Shown: positions 1 through 14,647 of the stretch, one piece after another
How the letters are laid out: every line of letters begins with the position of its first letter
How positions within the stretch are numbered: position 1 is the first letter of the stretch
Source of the DNA: Flaccisagitta enflata
Lineage: Eukaryota
Direction of reading: 5' to 3'
DNA length: 64,000 bases
Assembly (NCBI GenBank): GCA_965153355.1
Contig: OZ231126.1
Coordinates: 24,366,001 to 24,430,000, forward strand
The notes under the pieces: generated by a model
Database searches by the model: none
Seen by the model: the letters and a program-made list of their open reading frames with translations, nothing else
Told to the model about the DNA's origin: nothing
Made by a program: the position numbers and the translations under genes

Positions 1-326
1 CAGGCGATGGAAATCATAAGATAAACAGAAGAAGAAGAAGAAGAAGAAGAAGAAGAAGAAGAAGAAGAAGATAAAGAAAAAAAGAAAAGAAAAAAGAAAA
101 GAAAAGAAAAGAAAAGAAAAGAAGAAAGAGATAAAGGAAGAAGAAGATGAAAAGAAAAGGAAGAAGAAGAAGAGGAGCGAAGAAAGAGGGCTGAAAAGAA
201 AGAAGACGAAGAAGAGAAGAAGAAGAAGAAGAAGAAAGAAGAGAGAGGAAGAGAGAGGAGTAGAAGAGAGGAGGAGAGGAAGAAAAGAGAAGAAGAAGAG
301 AAGAAAAAAGAAAAGAAAAGAAAAGA

Positions 327-3180
327 ATAGTCAGAGCGTTACATGGTCAGCGTGCCATGCCCCTATGTTAGTTTATTTTGTTATTAGATGATGAGTGGGG
401 CAGCGGCCCCAGAGGGGCCAATGACCTATGATTCCATACTGGACAATTGCTGGGTCTTTAATGCACCCATTTTGAGTCTAAATAGCCTGATTTGAGATTA
501 ATTTCTGATTTAAGGTCTGAGATGCCTGATTTGAGATTTGAGAGGTTTAAGCTTCATTTGGGCTTGAAACCTGATCTTAGAAGTCCCTAGTTAAGGTCAG
601 AGCCTGTTTGGCAAACTGGAAGGGAGGGCTGATGTGGGTCTGATAGGCCTAGTTTGAGGTCTCAAAGATCTGATTTTGGGTTTGAAAAGCCAGATTTGGA
701 TCTGAGAGAACTGAAACTAAATACCCAAATACTGAATTAGGGTCTGGGAAGCGTTTGGTCTGAATAGCCTGATCAAGAAATCTAAAAAACCTGATAAAGG
801 GTCTGTTAGGCCTAGATTTTAGATCTGAAAAACCCTGATTAGTTCTTAGAGGCCTGAATTGAGATTCAGAGGCCTAGTTGGGAGTCTGACCACTGACTTG
901 GGAGTCTGGCAGAGCCTGATTGAGGCTCTGAAGACCTAGGGTGAGTCTGGAAGAGCCTGATTTGGATCCTAATAGGCCAGATTGGGGTCCTGAGAGGCCT
1001 AGATTGAGGTCTGGAAGCTCTGATTTGGATCTGAAGTAGGCCTGATTGGGAGTCTGAAAGGCCATTCCCGAGGCCCAGAGTTTATTTTCTATGAAGAGAG
1101 GGACAGGCGGACGGGCGGACGGACGGACGGATGGACGGACAGAAACCAGAAAATTTGCCCTGTGTGGAATCATAGGTCCTCGGCCCCTCCGAGGCCGCTG
1201 CCCAAACTAGTCATCCAAGTGCACATGGTCAAGCGGTACCGATGTACACCAAACTGATGATTAGCGGGCGGGGAGCAGGGCAGCGGCACGAGGGACGATG
1301 TCCTGTAGGACACAGGGTGAATTTCCAGATATACTGTGAGGGCATATTTGAGGACTTGAGTTGATTGATTGGAGAACAGTAATGAGATTAGGGATGAGGG
1401 CAGATTTGACCCTGAGAGGGTCATTTTGAGGGCTGAATTGAGACAGATATTAGGTTTGAGAGGTCTGATTTCAGGCCTGAAATGGTTGATTTTGGGCCTG
1501 ACAAGGCTGATCTAGTACCTTAGTGGGCTGATTTTGGGCTTGAGTGAGCTAATTTAAGATCTAGAAGCGCTGATTTTGGGCCTGAGAGGGGTGATTTTGG
1601 GTCTCAGAGGGCTGACTTGGGGCCTGGGAGGGCTGATTTGGGGTCTGGGCGATTTGGGGCCTGAGAGGGCCTCGGAGACGTGCGTACGTGCGGACATACG
1701 GAACGTCTGGAAATTCATCACATGTCCTACAAGGACATCGGCCTTGCAGGCGCTGCCCAAGAAGGAAAAGAAGACAGAATCATCTAAAGATGCTTACACA
1801 TAGTCCATCAGTACCCCATTACCCTACTTGGAGTAGATCCTTGAAGTAGGTGAGCAGGGCACTGGCGGCCCCAAGGCCGATGTCTGTAGGACAGGTGAAT
1901 TCATACGTCCTGAGAGGGCATATTTGAGGGTAATTTTCCCGTGATATTCATTGGGAATTTTGCATTTTTCTCAATTTTTTTTCAATTTATATGTGTTATT
2001 CAATAGGAATTTGAGCTAGGCTGGATTGAGCCCAAGAGGCTGGTTTGAGGCCTGGGGACAGATTTAGGAGGCCTTAGGAATAGTTGAGGCCTGAGAGGCT
2101 GGATTTGAGGCAGAAGGCTGGGTTTGAGGCACGAAGAGCTAGATTTGAGCCAGAGAGGCCCAGATTTGAAACCTAGAAGGCCGTTGGAAGAGGCCGGATT
2201 TGAGGCCTGAATGGTTTGGGAACCTAGAAAAGGCTTGAGAAAGCGGAGAGAGAGGGCATACGGACGGAGCGGACAATGCGTCTGTGTGAACAAACGTAAG
2301 GAAATTCACCTGTGTCCTACAGGACCTCGGCCACTGGGGCCGCTGCCCAAGAGGAAGAAGAGGCAGAAGAAGAAGGAGAAGAAGAAGAAAAGGATGGTGA
2401 TCATTATGATGATGATGATGCAAGTGATGATGATGATCTAGCAAATAACCGTTGCCCTACTTTGAGTGATTGTGAATTGGAGTGAGGAAGCAGAGCAGAA
2501 CGCTGAAAGAGAAGAAGTCCTGTAGAACACAGGGGACTTTCGTTAATCCTACCTGAGGAATTGGATGAGATGCTATGGAGTAGAGGGCTGACTGGCACTT
2601 CAAGAAGCCACAACTGAGGCCTAAGAAGCGTCTCATTTTGAGCCAGTAGAGCCCAGGAGAGAACAAACAGGCCAGAGCTGGTCAGGGCTTTGAAAAGACC
2701 AGAGGACTGAGTTTGAGCCTGAGAGGCTTAATCTGAGGCATGAAAGGCCAGGTTTGAGGAACCCCTAGAGGCCAGGTTTGAAGGCCTGAGAAGCCAGATG
2801 AGGTCTGAGAAATGAATTTGAGGCCTGAGAGGCCAGATTTGAGGCCCTGAGGCCAGATTCTAGTCCTAAGAGAGGCGGAATTTGAGGCCTGAGAGGCCAG
2901 ATTTGAGCCCTGAAAGGCCAGATTTGAGGCCAGAGGCCAGATCTGAGGCCTGAGAGAGGCTGGATTTGAGAGCCTGACAGAGCGAATCAGAAAGGCCTGA
3001 GAGGCTGGATTTGAGGCCTGAAAGGCGATTTGAGCCTGAAAGCAGGTGAGCCAACAGGCCAGGTGAGAACACAAATGAAGGACCTTGAGCGGACGAACGG
3101 ACGACGGACGGAGCGGACGGCGAGCGAAGATGAAAGTCCCCTGTGTTCTAGGACTTCGTCCCCTTGAGACAACTGCCAAA
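327..3180. mobile_element. Cluster of four same-orientation Helentron/HINE-like 'family B' elements (~327-1206, 1207-1760, 1800-2350, 2438-3180)
   Basis: Most copies have GGGCAGCGGCCCC...GGGGCCGCTGCCC-like subterminal inverted repeats (degenerate in the later copies), an internal ~20-21 bp degenerate array (GAGAGGCCAGATTTGAGGCCT), a (GACG)n tract, and an AATAGTC or CTAGTCATCCAAG-like start. Confidence 0.65.
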
Positions 3181-3389
3181 AAAGAAGATGGAAGAAGAAG
3201 AAGAAGAAGTAGAAGAAGAAGAAGAAGAAGAAGAAGAAGAAAAATAAGAAGAAGAAGAAGACCAAGAAGAACAAGAAGAACAAGAAGAAGGAAACTAGGG
3301 AGGCGAAGAGGGAAACGGAGAAGTAGAAGAGCAACAAGAGGAAGATACTAAAGAAGAAGAAAATAAGAAAGAAGAAGACAGAGGAAAAG

Positions 3390-3469
3390 TACAACAACAA
3401 TAACAACCACAACCACAACCACAACAACAACAACAACCACAACCACAACCACAACCACAACCACAACAA

Positions 3470-3500
<31 letters not shown>

Positions 3501-3651
3501 AACAGCAACAACAGCAACAACAACAAAGAACAGCAGCAACAACAGCAGCAACAGCAGCAGCAGCAGCTGCAACAACATCGGCAACAGCAACAACAGCAGC
3601 AGCAGCAGCAACAACAGCAGCAACAATAACAGCAACAACAGCAACAACAAC
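3390..3651. repeat. Compound (CAA)n/(CAACCA)n/(CAG)n microsatellite
   Basis: Visible directly. A similar tract lies on the other strand at 16434-16620. Confidence 0.9.
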
Positions 3652-4622
3652 AGAACGTTTTCATGTTGAACAAAGTCATGACTATAACAAGGCCGGATAC
3701 ACGGCCACCAGTTGCGGACGGGTGGGCAGGAGCGGAAATGCGCGTTTTCCCACTTTTCAACTCGAGCGTGACGGACCAACCGACCAACCGACCAACCGAC
3801 CGACCGACCGACCGACGGACGCACAGTGGACCGTGACCCTGAAAAAATCAATTGTCATTGTTTTGGGGAGTAGTAATTTACCATAATATTCTTGTAGTTT
3901 TAATGAAACGTTGAGGAACGTTAAGCCCTAATGAGGAACATAAACCCACGCTACGGTAGCTTTTACTTAGCACTATAGCCGTGTGTAGGGGGATCCTCGC
4001 GCGATCCTCCGTTCTCTAGTGTGAATTATAAGGTTCTATGCAATAGTGATGTGGCAGTGACTGATAAAAACTCTCACTGATATTTCTGCATCACAACTAT
4101 AATTAGCTCTGTTGCTTCCAAAACGAATGTCCAGTACCGAATTCTGTCTGAGATACTTTTTTCACTTTTTCTTCACTTTTTTTTCTCCTTTTTCGATTTG
4201 CAATCAAAATGATGCAAAAAAGCTAAAAATGACCGTTTTTACAACGGCGATGACCTGGACACTATATACGACATTGCTTAAGACATCAACGACTATAACT
4301 GACATGACTGAAGCCAACAGCAAAGAAAATGAGGATGACGAGGGCAAGTTGTGACCAATTTGTGCGCTTCTGTTACTATAAGAAGGAACGCTTTGAACGA
4401 ATGAATGAATAAATGGATAAATGAATGAATGAATGAATGAATGAATGAATGAATGAATGAATGAATGAATGCAGGAATTAATGAACGAATGAATGAACGA
4501 CTGCATTAGAATAAACATCGGAAGACAGGATTAAAAGAAAGACGTCTTGAACTGACCAACCGACCAGCTGTTTTTTCTTCTGTCCATTTCCCTGTCTGTC
4601 TCTGTCTCTCTGTCTCTCTCTC

Positions 4623-4734
<112 letters not shown>

Positions 4735-4774
4735 GTTTTGCACGACTCATATTGTAACGGACCGACCAGGCCTC

Positions 4775-4854
<80 letters not shown>

Positions 4855-5141
4855 ATAAATGAAATCCAGACAATGAGATGGATAAATAGATAGACGCAGG
4901 CATTCACTGAAAACAAATCCAGGAGAAGAATCAATAAACAAGTAACTCGATTGTTGCTTGAGACACGTTTTCAGCGTGAACATATTTCCATGAATTTCAA
5001 TTGTCAAATGAGGGAGTGAGCGAGCCTGTGAATGGAGCAAGTGAAGCAAAGCGCTACAGAGTGGCGCGAACAAACTAACGTAGCGAGCGACTGAGTGGCC
5101 CGTTGAAACGCATTTGTCAGGAGTAGTGACAGACCCTTATA

Positions 5142-5319
5142 CAGTTGAACCCCGCTCTAACGGACCCGCCACCAACAGAATTCCGCCTATAACAGATGCA
5201 AATTCATAGTCCCTTCAAGTTAATTTCTTTTATTTTTTTTTGTTGGCAATAACAGAAGTCCGCTTTTAATAGAGGAAAATTGATGGTCCCCTGAAATTTG
5301 TTAGAGCGGGGTTTAACTG
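5142..5319. mobile_element. Pogo/Tigger-like MITE
   Basis: TA|CAGTTGAACCCCGCTCTAAC...GTTAGAGCGGGGTTTAACTG|TA. Degenerate relatives lie at ~48770-48950, ~59508-59620 and ~62950-63100. Confidence 0.85.
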
Positions 5320-5746
5320 TACAGTTGAACTTCAGATTGTCTTACTATAGACGGTTTTACCACAGATGGATTATTACAATGATTGGGAAGATGAAAACGA
5401 CCACGAAGATAGCAATGAGGATTATGATTATGTTGATGAAATAGTTGAATGTGTCAATGACGTCGACGACAGACATGAAGAAAACGATAACAATGCCAAC
5501 GGTGATGATGATGACAATGATGACGACGACGAAGACGACGGTGATGATAATGACAACAACGGTGAGGAAAATGACGACGATGATGACTACGACAAAAACT
5601 ATGATAATAATGTCGTTGATGAGAATCAGGCACATTTTTATCGAAATCATAAGATATTTTGCGTCATTGATTAATGCGTAACCAACCAACTAGGGCATCC
5701 GGACAGGAGCCGTATACTCAAAAAGCTCAAAAACGCCGAAAAAGTA

Positions 5747-6890
5747 AATAATCGCAAAAGCGTTATATGGTCAGCGGAACCGTTGCCCCTGTGTGAGTGT
5801 ATGTGGGTGTAAGGTGGATGGAGGGGCAGCGGCCGAAGGACCAATGACCTCTGCTCTGTTTTTGGGCAGCAGCTAAAGGCCAATGTCCTGTAATGCCTGA
5901 GGATAAATTTCATACGTCCGTCATCCGTCCCCCTTCCCAAGCTTTTCAAGCCTAAAATTCCCATTGAATAACATGGAAAATTGACAAAATGCAACCTTCC
6001 CATTGAATAACATGGAAAATTAACAAAAAAACAAAAAATGCATGGAACATTGATAAGAACTAAAAATAATGTTAAATTCCTATTGAATAATATGGCAAAT
6101 TGACGAGAACTGAAAATTGATAAGAACTGAAAATAATGTTAAATTTTTATTGAATAATATGGCAAATTAACAAGAAATTGAAAAAATGCAAAGTTGTCAT
6201 TGTATATTATGGATAATTGCTCAGGACATAAGGAAATTCACCCCTGTCCTACAGGACATCGGTCCTTTGGGGCCGCTGCCCTGCTCTTACTCCACTTCTC
6301 CAGCTAATCACTGTGCGATGCTTGGATGACTTGTTATATGAGCCTCAAGGCTGGAATTAGCGCCTGGTGGCTGGAGTTGGGGCCTTGAGGCTGGGATTTG
6401 AGCCTCGAGGTTGGGATTTGAGCTTTGAGGCTGGAATTTGAGATTTGAGGCTGGGATTTGAGCTTCAAGGCTGGGATTTGAGCTTCGAGGCTGGGGTTTG
6501 AGCTTTTAGGCTGGGGTTTGAGCTTTGAGGCTGGGATTTGAGCTTTGAGGCTGGGATTTGGGCTTTGAGGCTAGGATTTGAGTCTTGGGGCAAGTTTGAT
6601 GGGCATGGAGGCAAGGATTTGGGCCTCGAGGCTGGGAGTAGGGCCTTCAGACTGGGAGGCCAGCCTCGAGACTGGGAATTGAGCCTCAAGGCTAGGATTT
6701 GAGCTTTGAACCGGGTGGACGGAGGAGCAGAAGAAGGAGAAGGAGAAGAAGGAAAAATTTCCCTATGTGAAAGCATAGGTCACCAGCCCCTTCAGGTCAG
6801 CTGTCCAAGCGGGGACCAGCACCAACCAGCAACCAACCGACCGACCAACCATCAAACGTAGCGGAGTGTAGCGTAACACGCGACTAAAAA
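5747..6890. mobile_element. Nested or fragmented family B and family A elements
   Basis: Contains the aatcgcaaaagcgttatatggtcagcgg end, gggcagcggcc and ggggccgctgccc motifs, a (GAGGCTGGGATTTGAGCTTT)n array at 6345-6710, and a cgcgactaaaa terminus near 6890. Confidence 0.55.
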
Positions 6891-8450
6891 TAACTCAACG
6901 TTCCAGCCGCCAAACTCGTGATCGTGCCGCGCCGCAGTCTTTTCTTCTTCTTTGGTGTCCCGACAACTTTGGTGTCCCGACAGCGGGAACTTCAATTGAA
7001 GTCCCTGAAGTAGGGATGACACTTATGCAGAGATTCTTGAACCGGTTTGCACAGGCTGTCTACCTGAACCAATCTAGAGGTTTAAACCCAGAAACCCCAT
7101 CAAAATAGTCAGGAACCTACCGAGTGATACCCTTGCCCCTGCCCTTGGATTTAGTTTTTTCGCCAAGAAGGAAGAGGCAAAGCCCATGTTAAACCAATGG
7201 GAGGCGGATCGACCATTTGTTTTAACGTCATTTTGTTGTTTAACAACTATTTTCTTTGTACAATGTGTCAATAACATTGTTATGAAACCTATTCATTTCG
7301 ATTGAACAACCTGACATTTGGAGCTGTCAGAATACAATGTGATTGAGTCAGGGGGGGCTCTGTCTGTCCATCTGTTGGTCCATCTGTTGGCTGATCATTT
7401 TGGGTTAATGCAATAAACATGCAGCTATTATTGAGTGCAGTGTGTTTAATTGTTTGTGGTTTTGTGTAGGTGTGTGTGGAGGATAAGGTTGTTATCCCAG
7501 AAGTGTTTGCTGTTGTTTATTGTTTGTTGTTGTATTGTTGCCACCTGTGATTCTAATGAAATTTACCTTCTACGGAAGATCGTTGTCGGATCAAGTAACA
7601 ATGCATGGACATTTTGTAATACTAAATAAATGGTCACATGTATCATAGCTAGATTTGGAGCTGTCAGAATACAATGTGATTGAGTCAACCTGACATTTGG
7701 AGCTGTCAGAATACAGTGTGATTGAGTCAGGGGAAGGGCTGGGGGTTGGATACCCCTGCTTGCCCTACCATGGTATTGTGACCAGGCATATAGATTATGG
7801 AGTAGCGGGTAGCGCCAAAAACTCGGCCTTTTGGGCAGTAGAAAAAGAGAAAGATGAAGAAGAAGAAGAAAGCAGAAAGGAAGAAAGCAGAAGAAGAGAA
7901 AGCGAAGAAGAAGAAGGAGAAGAGAAGAAGAGAAGAAGAGAAGAAGAAGAAGAAGAAAGAAAGAAGAAAGTAAGAGGAAGGCGGGAAGAATGAAGAAGAA
8001 TGGTAGGAAAAGGATGTGGAGGGATAGAGAAGGATGGAGGGATGAATGGATGGAAGGAAGGAAGGATGGAAGGATGAATGGATGGAAGGAAGGAAGGATG
8101 AAAGAATGGATGGAAGTGAGAATGGAAGGAAGGATGGAAGGAAGGGAGAAAGGAGTGAGGGAAAAAAAGAAATGTTGAAAGAACGCTCTTGTATGTCAAT
8201 TTGCTCACGTTTGTACATGGTCTTTTGATCAGATCGACTTATCCTTATATGCTAACCTTTACACCTATAGCTAAAAAAGCATTGGACGAAGTTGTGTTTA
8301 TCTGCTTGGTATCTCCAGACACATTGATGTGAAAGCCTGGGATCGATCTTTAATGTTAAAAACAATTGTACATTTTAGTTTAGCACAAAAGTTGACTTAT
8401 CTTGCATTGTCTTTGTAAATGAATGAACTAATGCCCTAAGTGTTGCAATA

Positions 8451-9042
8451 CCGGGTCATCAATCTGGACTGGGAAAAAATGTTAAGCTTTAGCTCTCAGC
8501 TGGTTCTCCTCACTGGTTTGGAATTTGATTTCTTTTATAGTACTCTGCTTGATGTTTTTTATATCAAAATTTCATTGGTCTGAGTTACATACTTTGTCCA
8601 CAACATCAATTTAAAGAAAAACAAGCATTTTCAGATATAGTTCAATTTAGCCTTAACTTATCAAATCTGTATTTCTTAGATAAGCTCTTATATCTCCCTG
8701 GATTGAGCAGCAAATGTCAGATTTGTCTCAGTTAAAGATATCTTCATGAATTGGAAAACATTTTTTTTTTGTTTCAGATTATTTTAGCATTTGCAGCTCA
8801 AACTGATTAATAATGAGGGAAAATAGTTATGATGAAAACAAGATAAAGTGAGCTTCAGCCACAAATACTTGTTTTACTTCAAATTGATGTTGTGGACAAA
8901 GTATTCAACTCAGACCAATGAAATTTTGACACAGAAAACGTCAAACATAGTACTATAAAAAAAAATGAATTCCAAACCAGTAAGGACAAGCAGCTGAGAG
9001 CAAAAGCTTAACACTTTTTTCCAGTCCAGATTGATGACCCGG
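8451..9042. mobile_element. Tc1/mariner-type MITE with long terminal inverted repeats and TA target duplication
   Basis: TA|CCGGGTCATCAATCTGGACTGG...CCAGTCCAGATTGATGACCCGG|TA, with imperfect inverted match extending more than 150 bp. A related right-end fragment lies at ~12600-12775. Confidence 0.88.
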
Positions 9043-9447
9043 TACTTTTGTTCTATGTAATATAAGTCGCGTGCAGGACATAAATAGCTTAAGATGACTT
9101 AAATTGACTTAAAATGACATGAAATGACTTTAAAAAAATTGAAATGACTTTAAAAAACTTAAAATGACATAAATGACTGAATTGACCTGATTGAATAAAG
9201 GGACTTAATATAACTTAATATGACTTAAAATGACTTAGGACTTAGAAGGACTTAGAATGACTTAGAATGACTTAGAATGACTTGGAATGACTTGGAATGA
9301 CATTTGGATAGGAGCTGTGAGCCCAAAAGGCTTAAAAATGCCAAAAAAGAAAAAAGGGGCTGGACAGTTTATGCCGGGTTTGCTCAGGATGCGCCGCAAT
9401 TTTCATATCTGGATCTCAAAACCCAGTTTCAGGCCTGTAGACTGACG

Positions 9448-9484
<37 letters not shown>

Positions 9485-10965
9485 CCAATAAAGGCGCCTA
9501 ATCGCTGTAAAAAAAAAAGTTGTAAATGTTGAGAATGAGAGAGAGTTGGGGAGTGGGAAGGAGGAAAAAGAAAAAAGAGAAAATATATGGAAAGTATAAC
9601 TATTGGCAGTAGCAAATCATAAAACATGATAAGTAGAACACAATTAAACACTATCTAAACCATAAATCATTGACTTGGTAACGCGACGCGCTGCATCGCG
9701 GGGAAGAAAATCAAAGGCAAGGGGCGGGGAAAATAATCAAAGGTTATGGAACTATATACACCCCTGCCATGAAAGTCGCCGATATCGCTTTTTTACGTCA
9801 AATACTTGGTTTTTACCCTCTCCATGTCAAATTTCATTTTGTTGAGGGCAGATTTACTATCTATATTGCTCATATCACTTTTCCGCCTAATAATGTGAGT
9901 CCTGTTAGAGACAGAAGGGTGAACAGACAGAGGAAATGACAGAGAAGTAAATTAAACTCTTATAACATGTTTGTTGATCATCTGACTAAACATAAGATAT
10001 CTCCGCCGCCAAAGATAGCAAAGAAAACTTTTTTTGCACAGGCGTAATGGACAGACAGATGGGTAAACAGACAGACAGACTCTTTTAAGGAGATGCGTTC
10101 CAGATTCACACATCTTAAAAGAAAATGATATGCTAAACATCTAATCATAATGAACATATCATTTAAGTAAGTCACAATAGTTGCAATTGCATTCAAACAC
10201 CTATGTACGTTCACAATTGTCAAAAAGCTCATTTGCATATTGCAGTAAATCATAATTTTGTACAATTACGCATAGGCGTCATTTCTAACATCAATAAATA
10301 ATCAGTAAATGTGTTTGAATACATTTAACTAATGATAGATTATTGTCTCATGTATTTTTGGTTATTATCATTGATTGTATTGACCTACATGAATCAATTT
10401 TTTCATTCTCTTTTTAAACCTTGGTTGAAAACGGCCTACGTTTATAGACTATGTTTTTAGACAAATTCTTGTCATCCAGCCCCAGGGGTGACGAGTGCTC
10501 GCTAGAGGGGTTCCCCATTAAGAATCGCAATTGGCATATCCAAAATGAAGAAATCATAGCAGAAAACCCTGTTACCGGCTTAAATACGCCTTAGCTGATA
10601 TCCACTGTACTAAACTTTCCGCCTACTTTAAGCGGCTCTCGCCGACCAGAAAAAAGTCGTAAGAGTGGATTTTTTTTTAATTTGATCATTTTTATGTTTT
10701 TTTTAATTTTTTTTTTTACATATTATGAGTATTTTTGATTCAAATGCTATAAAAAATATCTTTTTATTGTTTTTTTTTATCTAATTTGACTTTTTTCCAA
10801 AACAAAGCCGGATACACGGCTACTCCAGTTGCATGTGGGTGGGCGGGGGCGGTGGAGGAAGTCACTTGGCAGTGGCCCCAAAGGGGTCGATGACCTTTGC
10901 TTTCACACAAAGAAAAAAATAAAGAAAGAGAGAAAGAAAGAAAGAGAGAAAGAAAGAAAGAAACA

Positions 10966-11021
<56 letters not shown>

Positions 11022-11106
11022 AGAAAGAAAAAATGACCCACAAACTAACAAACAGACAGACAAAGCCTCTGAAATAATTGCCTGTCCGCAACGAAATATC
11101 CATGAC

Positions 11107-11228
<122 letters not shown>

Positions 11229-11345
11229 TAAGGCTATGCATGTTAGGAGGTGAAAAAAAAGGGAAAGGAAGACTTGAAGATCCTCCGCATATGCGCTTTT
11301 TTATCAGGTCTGACAAATTGCGGAATCTGAGTGAGAGCGGGTCCT

Positions 11346-11424
<79 letters not shown>

Positions 11425-12081
11425 CTCCTTCATCGTCATCATAGTCGTCATCGTCGTTGTCGTATTCACTGTCATCGTCTTCGTTGTGGATGTTATGATT
11501 TTTGGGGTCTTCCTAGTCATCGTAATCATTAATTTACAGCGAGACCATCTAAAAACAACAGCAAGTATATATGACGTGCAAAGTAATGATTGAGTAAGAA
11601 TATTTGAAGTAAGAACATATAGACTAAGAGTAAGAGCATTGTTGTGGCCCCTCCCCACTGGTCTGTGACGATTTTGAACTTACAGTACAGTACGATGCTA
11701 GCAAAGACGACCCCGACTGGAGGTTAGATTAGATTTTTTTTTTTTAAATCTGCTGATTTTTTTTTTCAAAATTATATTGAATTTTTAGCCCAATCTAATG
11801 GAATAGGTTATAATATTATAAAATAAAATCTTTAATAAGTCTAGTCACAAGTTGAAGAATGACACAAGCTGATATATTCAAACAACGGAGCAACCTTTGA
11901 TTTATACGGATTTCAATTCTTTTATGAATCAAATGAAATTATGACACTTAAAATCTATCCTCCAGTCTTAAGTTGTCTTTGCTCCCATTGTACTGAACTT
12001 TTCATTTCTAGTTGCGCGCTATGCGACTTCAACTCACTTTGTCCGTCCGTTTGTAAAAATGTTGTGCACCTTTACTCTTTA

Positions 12082-12123
<42 letters not shown>

Positions 12124-12197
12124 ATGTTTATTTTTTTTCTTTGTCTCTTTCTTTGTTTCTTTGTTTCTTTGTTTCTTTGTTTCTTCCTCTCTTTCTC

Positions 12198-12233
<36 letters not shown>

Positions 12234-13243
12234 TTTTTTCGTTCTTTTGTTCGTTCTTATATATAAGAAATTGTATGACGTTCAATCCAAGATTCTGAGC
12301 TGAAGTGTCCGTTCATGATGCACTGGTTGGAAAGTGCAAAAACACGCATTTGATATGTATGAGGGTGTTGAGGGATGTTGTATGCCTCCGCCCACCTGTC
12401 CGCAACGATATAGTAACCAAGCGTTTATTGCATGATTAGAAAATTGGTACATGTCACTATGATAATTGATACTTGTCACTATGATAACATATTGCTTGGG
12501 AGGGCTTTTTAGCTCTAACGGAGTAGAAATGAGAGCATTTTAAACAAAGATATTCTTGTAAGCAATGTTTTGATATCTCTTCAGTCTTCAGCTGTAAATA
12601 CCAAAATTATTTCTAATTGAGGCTGCAGACAAACTATTCAACCTAGACCAATGAAATTTTTACACAAAAAACGTCAAACATAGTACTTGAAGAGAAAATT
12701 TATTTCAGATCATGAAAATAAACCATTGAGGCACAAAAGCTTAATACTTTTTTTCAGTTGAGATTGATGACCCTGTATTGCGGATGGAGGTTGGATGCCC
12801 ATGCCCATCCGTCCGCAACGATATCGTGACCCGTGTCACTTGTTTCCACATTAAAATTTGATACCAAATTCAAGTTCTGTTTAATTCAAATATGTCCAAT
12901 ATTCTTTCAAATGGTACTTCGGAGTCACTTTGATCACCATCACGTAAGTCACGTTGCATGGATGAGAATTCCTTGGCCTTGTTGGATGCCATTTCCCACT
13001 GGGCGATCATATCAAAATTAATTTCAACTTCAAGTTTGTTTCCGCTTCTCAGATCCTTTTCAAATAGTCATTTATTTTCATTCCCGGTCATCAGAACAAC
13101 TATCTCAGACGTAAAGACCGCACCGACAACAGCTGCTTGAACATCTCCTAAGTGATGCTACTTTTAATCTATCGCCTGCATTCTTCGATGTTATCTGTGC
13201 GTCCCCGTTTCACCCCTTGGAGAGTCTGGAGTAAAAGTCAAAC

Positions 13244-13327
<84 letters not shown>

Positions 13328-13630
13328 TAGATAGACTGAATGACCAACAGACTGACAGACTGACACACCAACAGACAGACATCCTGGAAGAGACAGACAG
13401 AGATAGACCGAGAAAGAGACAAATAGAAACAGGGACAAAGAAAGAAAGTAAGAGAACGTATAAAACGAGACAGGGAGAATGAAAGAGAAGCCAGACCGGA
13501 GAGATTGAATGAATGAATGAATCAGAGAGATGCTTTCTCTCTTGCCGAAAAAATCATTTTTCTTTTCCCAAACATTCCAAAGATGTAAATATCGAAGATG
13601 AAAGGACGAGATAGAGAATAAGAAAGATCA

Positions 13631-13722
<92 letters not shown>

Positions 13723-14140
13723 GTGTCACTTTTCCTCCCTTTCTGCCGAGCGACAGACAGACAAATGGAATCGGACTGACAGAAAGCCAGACATCAAAAG
13801 AACGGCGAAAGTCGCTTTTAGCCTCACAACCGTCACGTGACACGGTTTTACAAAGACGGTCACGTGATGGCGAGGACGAGAAAGACGAGAAAAGGAGGGG
13901 GAGGAGGGGGGAGTAGAAGAAGGAGGAAGAGGGTATTAGATGAGGCAGGGATATATGTGAGAGGGGGCGAAGAGGGAAGTGGAAAGGGGATGAACAAGGT
14001 TAAAATGAAGAAACCAGATGAAGAAATGCTGGAAGAAAATGATGGAGAAAACGAAAAAGACGAACATGAAGTATGAAGAAGAAGAAAAAGAAAAGGAAAA
14101 AGAAAAAGATGAAGGAAAAAAGAGGGTGCTTGGTGAGAGA

Positions 14141-14195
<55 letters not shown>

Positions 14196-14214
14196 CGATG
14201 ACGATGACGATGAC

Positions 14215-14298
<84 letters not shown>

Positions 14299-14320
14299 GA
14301 CGATGATGACGATGATGATG
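14141..14320. repeat. (GAT)n microsatellite
   Basis: Visible directly in the sequence. Confidence 0.95.
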
Positions 14321-14540
14321 AATAATCCCATTGAATATTATGAGGGATGAACGGGTACTGACCAGAGGAGGAGGGATGAAGAAGAGGAAGGGAAAAGGAG
14401 AAGGAGAAAGAGATGAAGAATACGGAGAATGGGAGGTAGACGTCTGATAGAACCAAGCGTCGATCTAAATGAATACCTTCCATTACAACTTCCTCTTGTG
14501 CTTTTAAGGTGGCAACTTCCGACTCCCTTCTACAATCGAT

Positions 14541-14647
<107 letters not shown>

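Noticed and set aside
6950-6995. TGGTGTCCCGACAGCGGGA as a possible LTR primer-binding site (locally duplicated)
   Set aside because: No paired LTRs or gag/pol sequence were recognisable.
13867-14076. MARTRKTRKGGGG, resembling a histone H3 tail
   Set aside because: No histone fold follows; the sequence is purine-rich low complexity.
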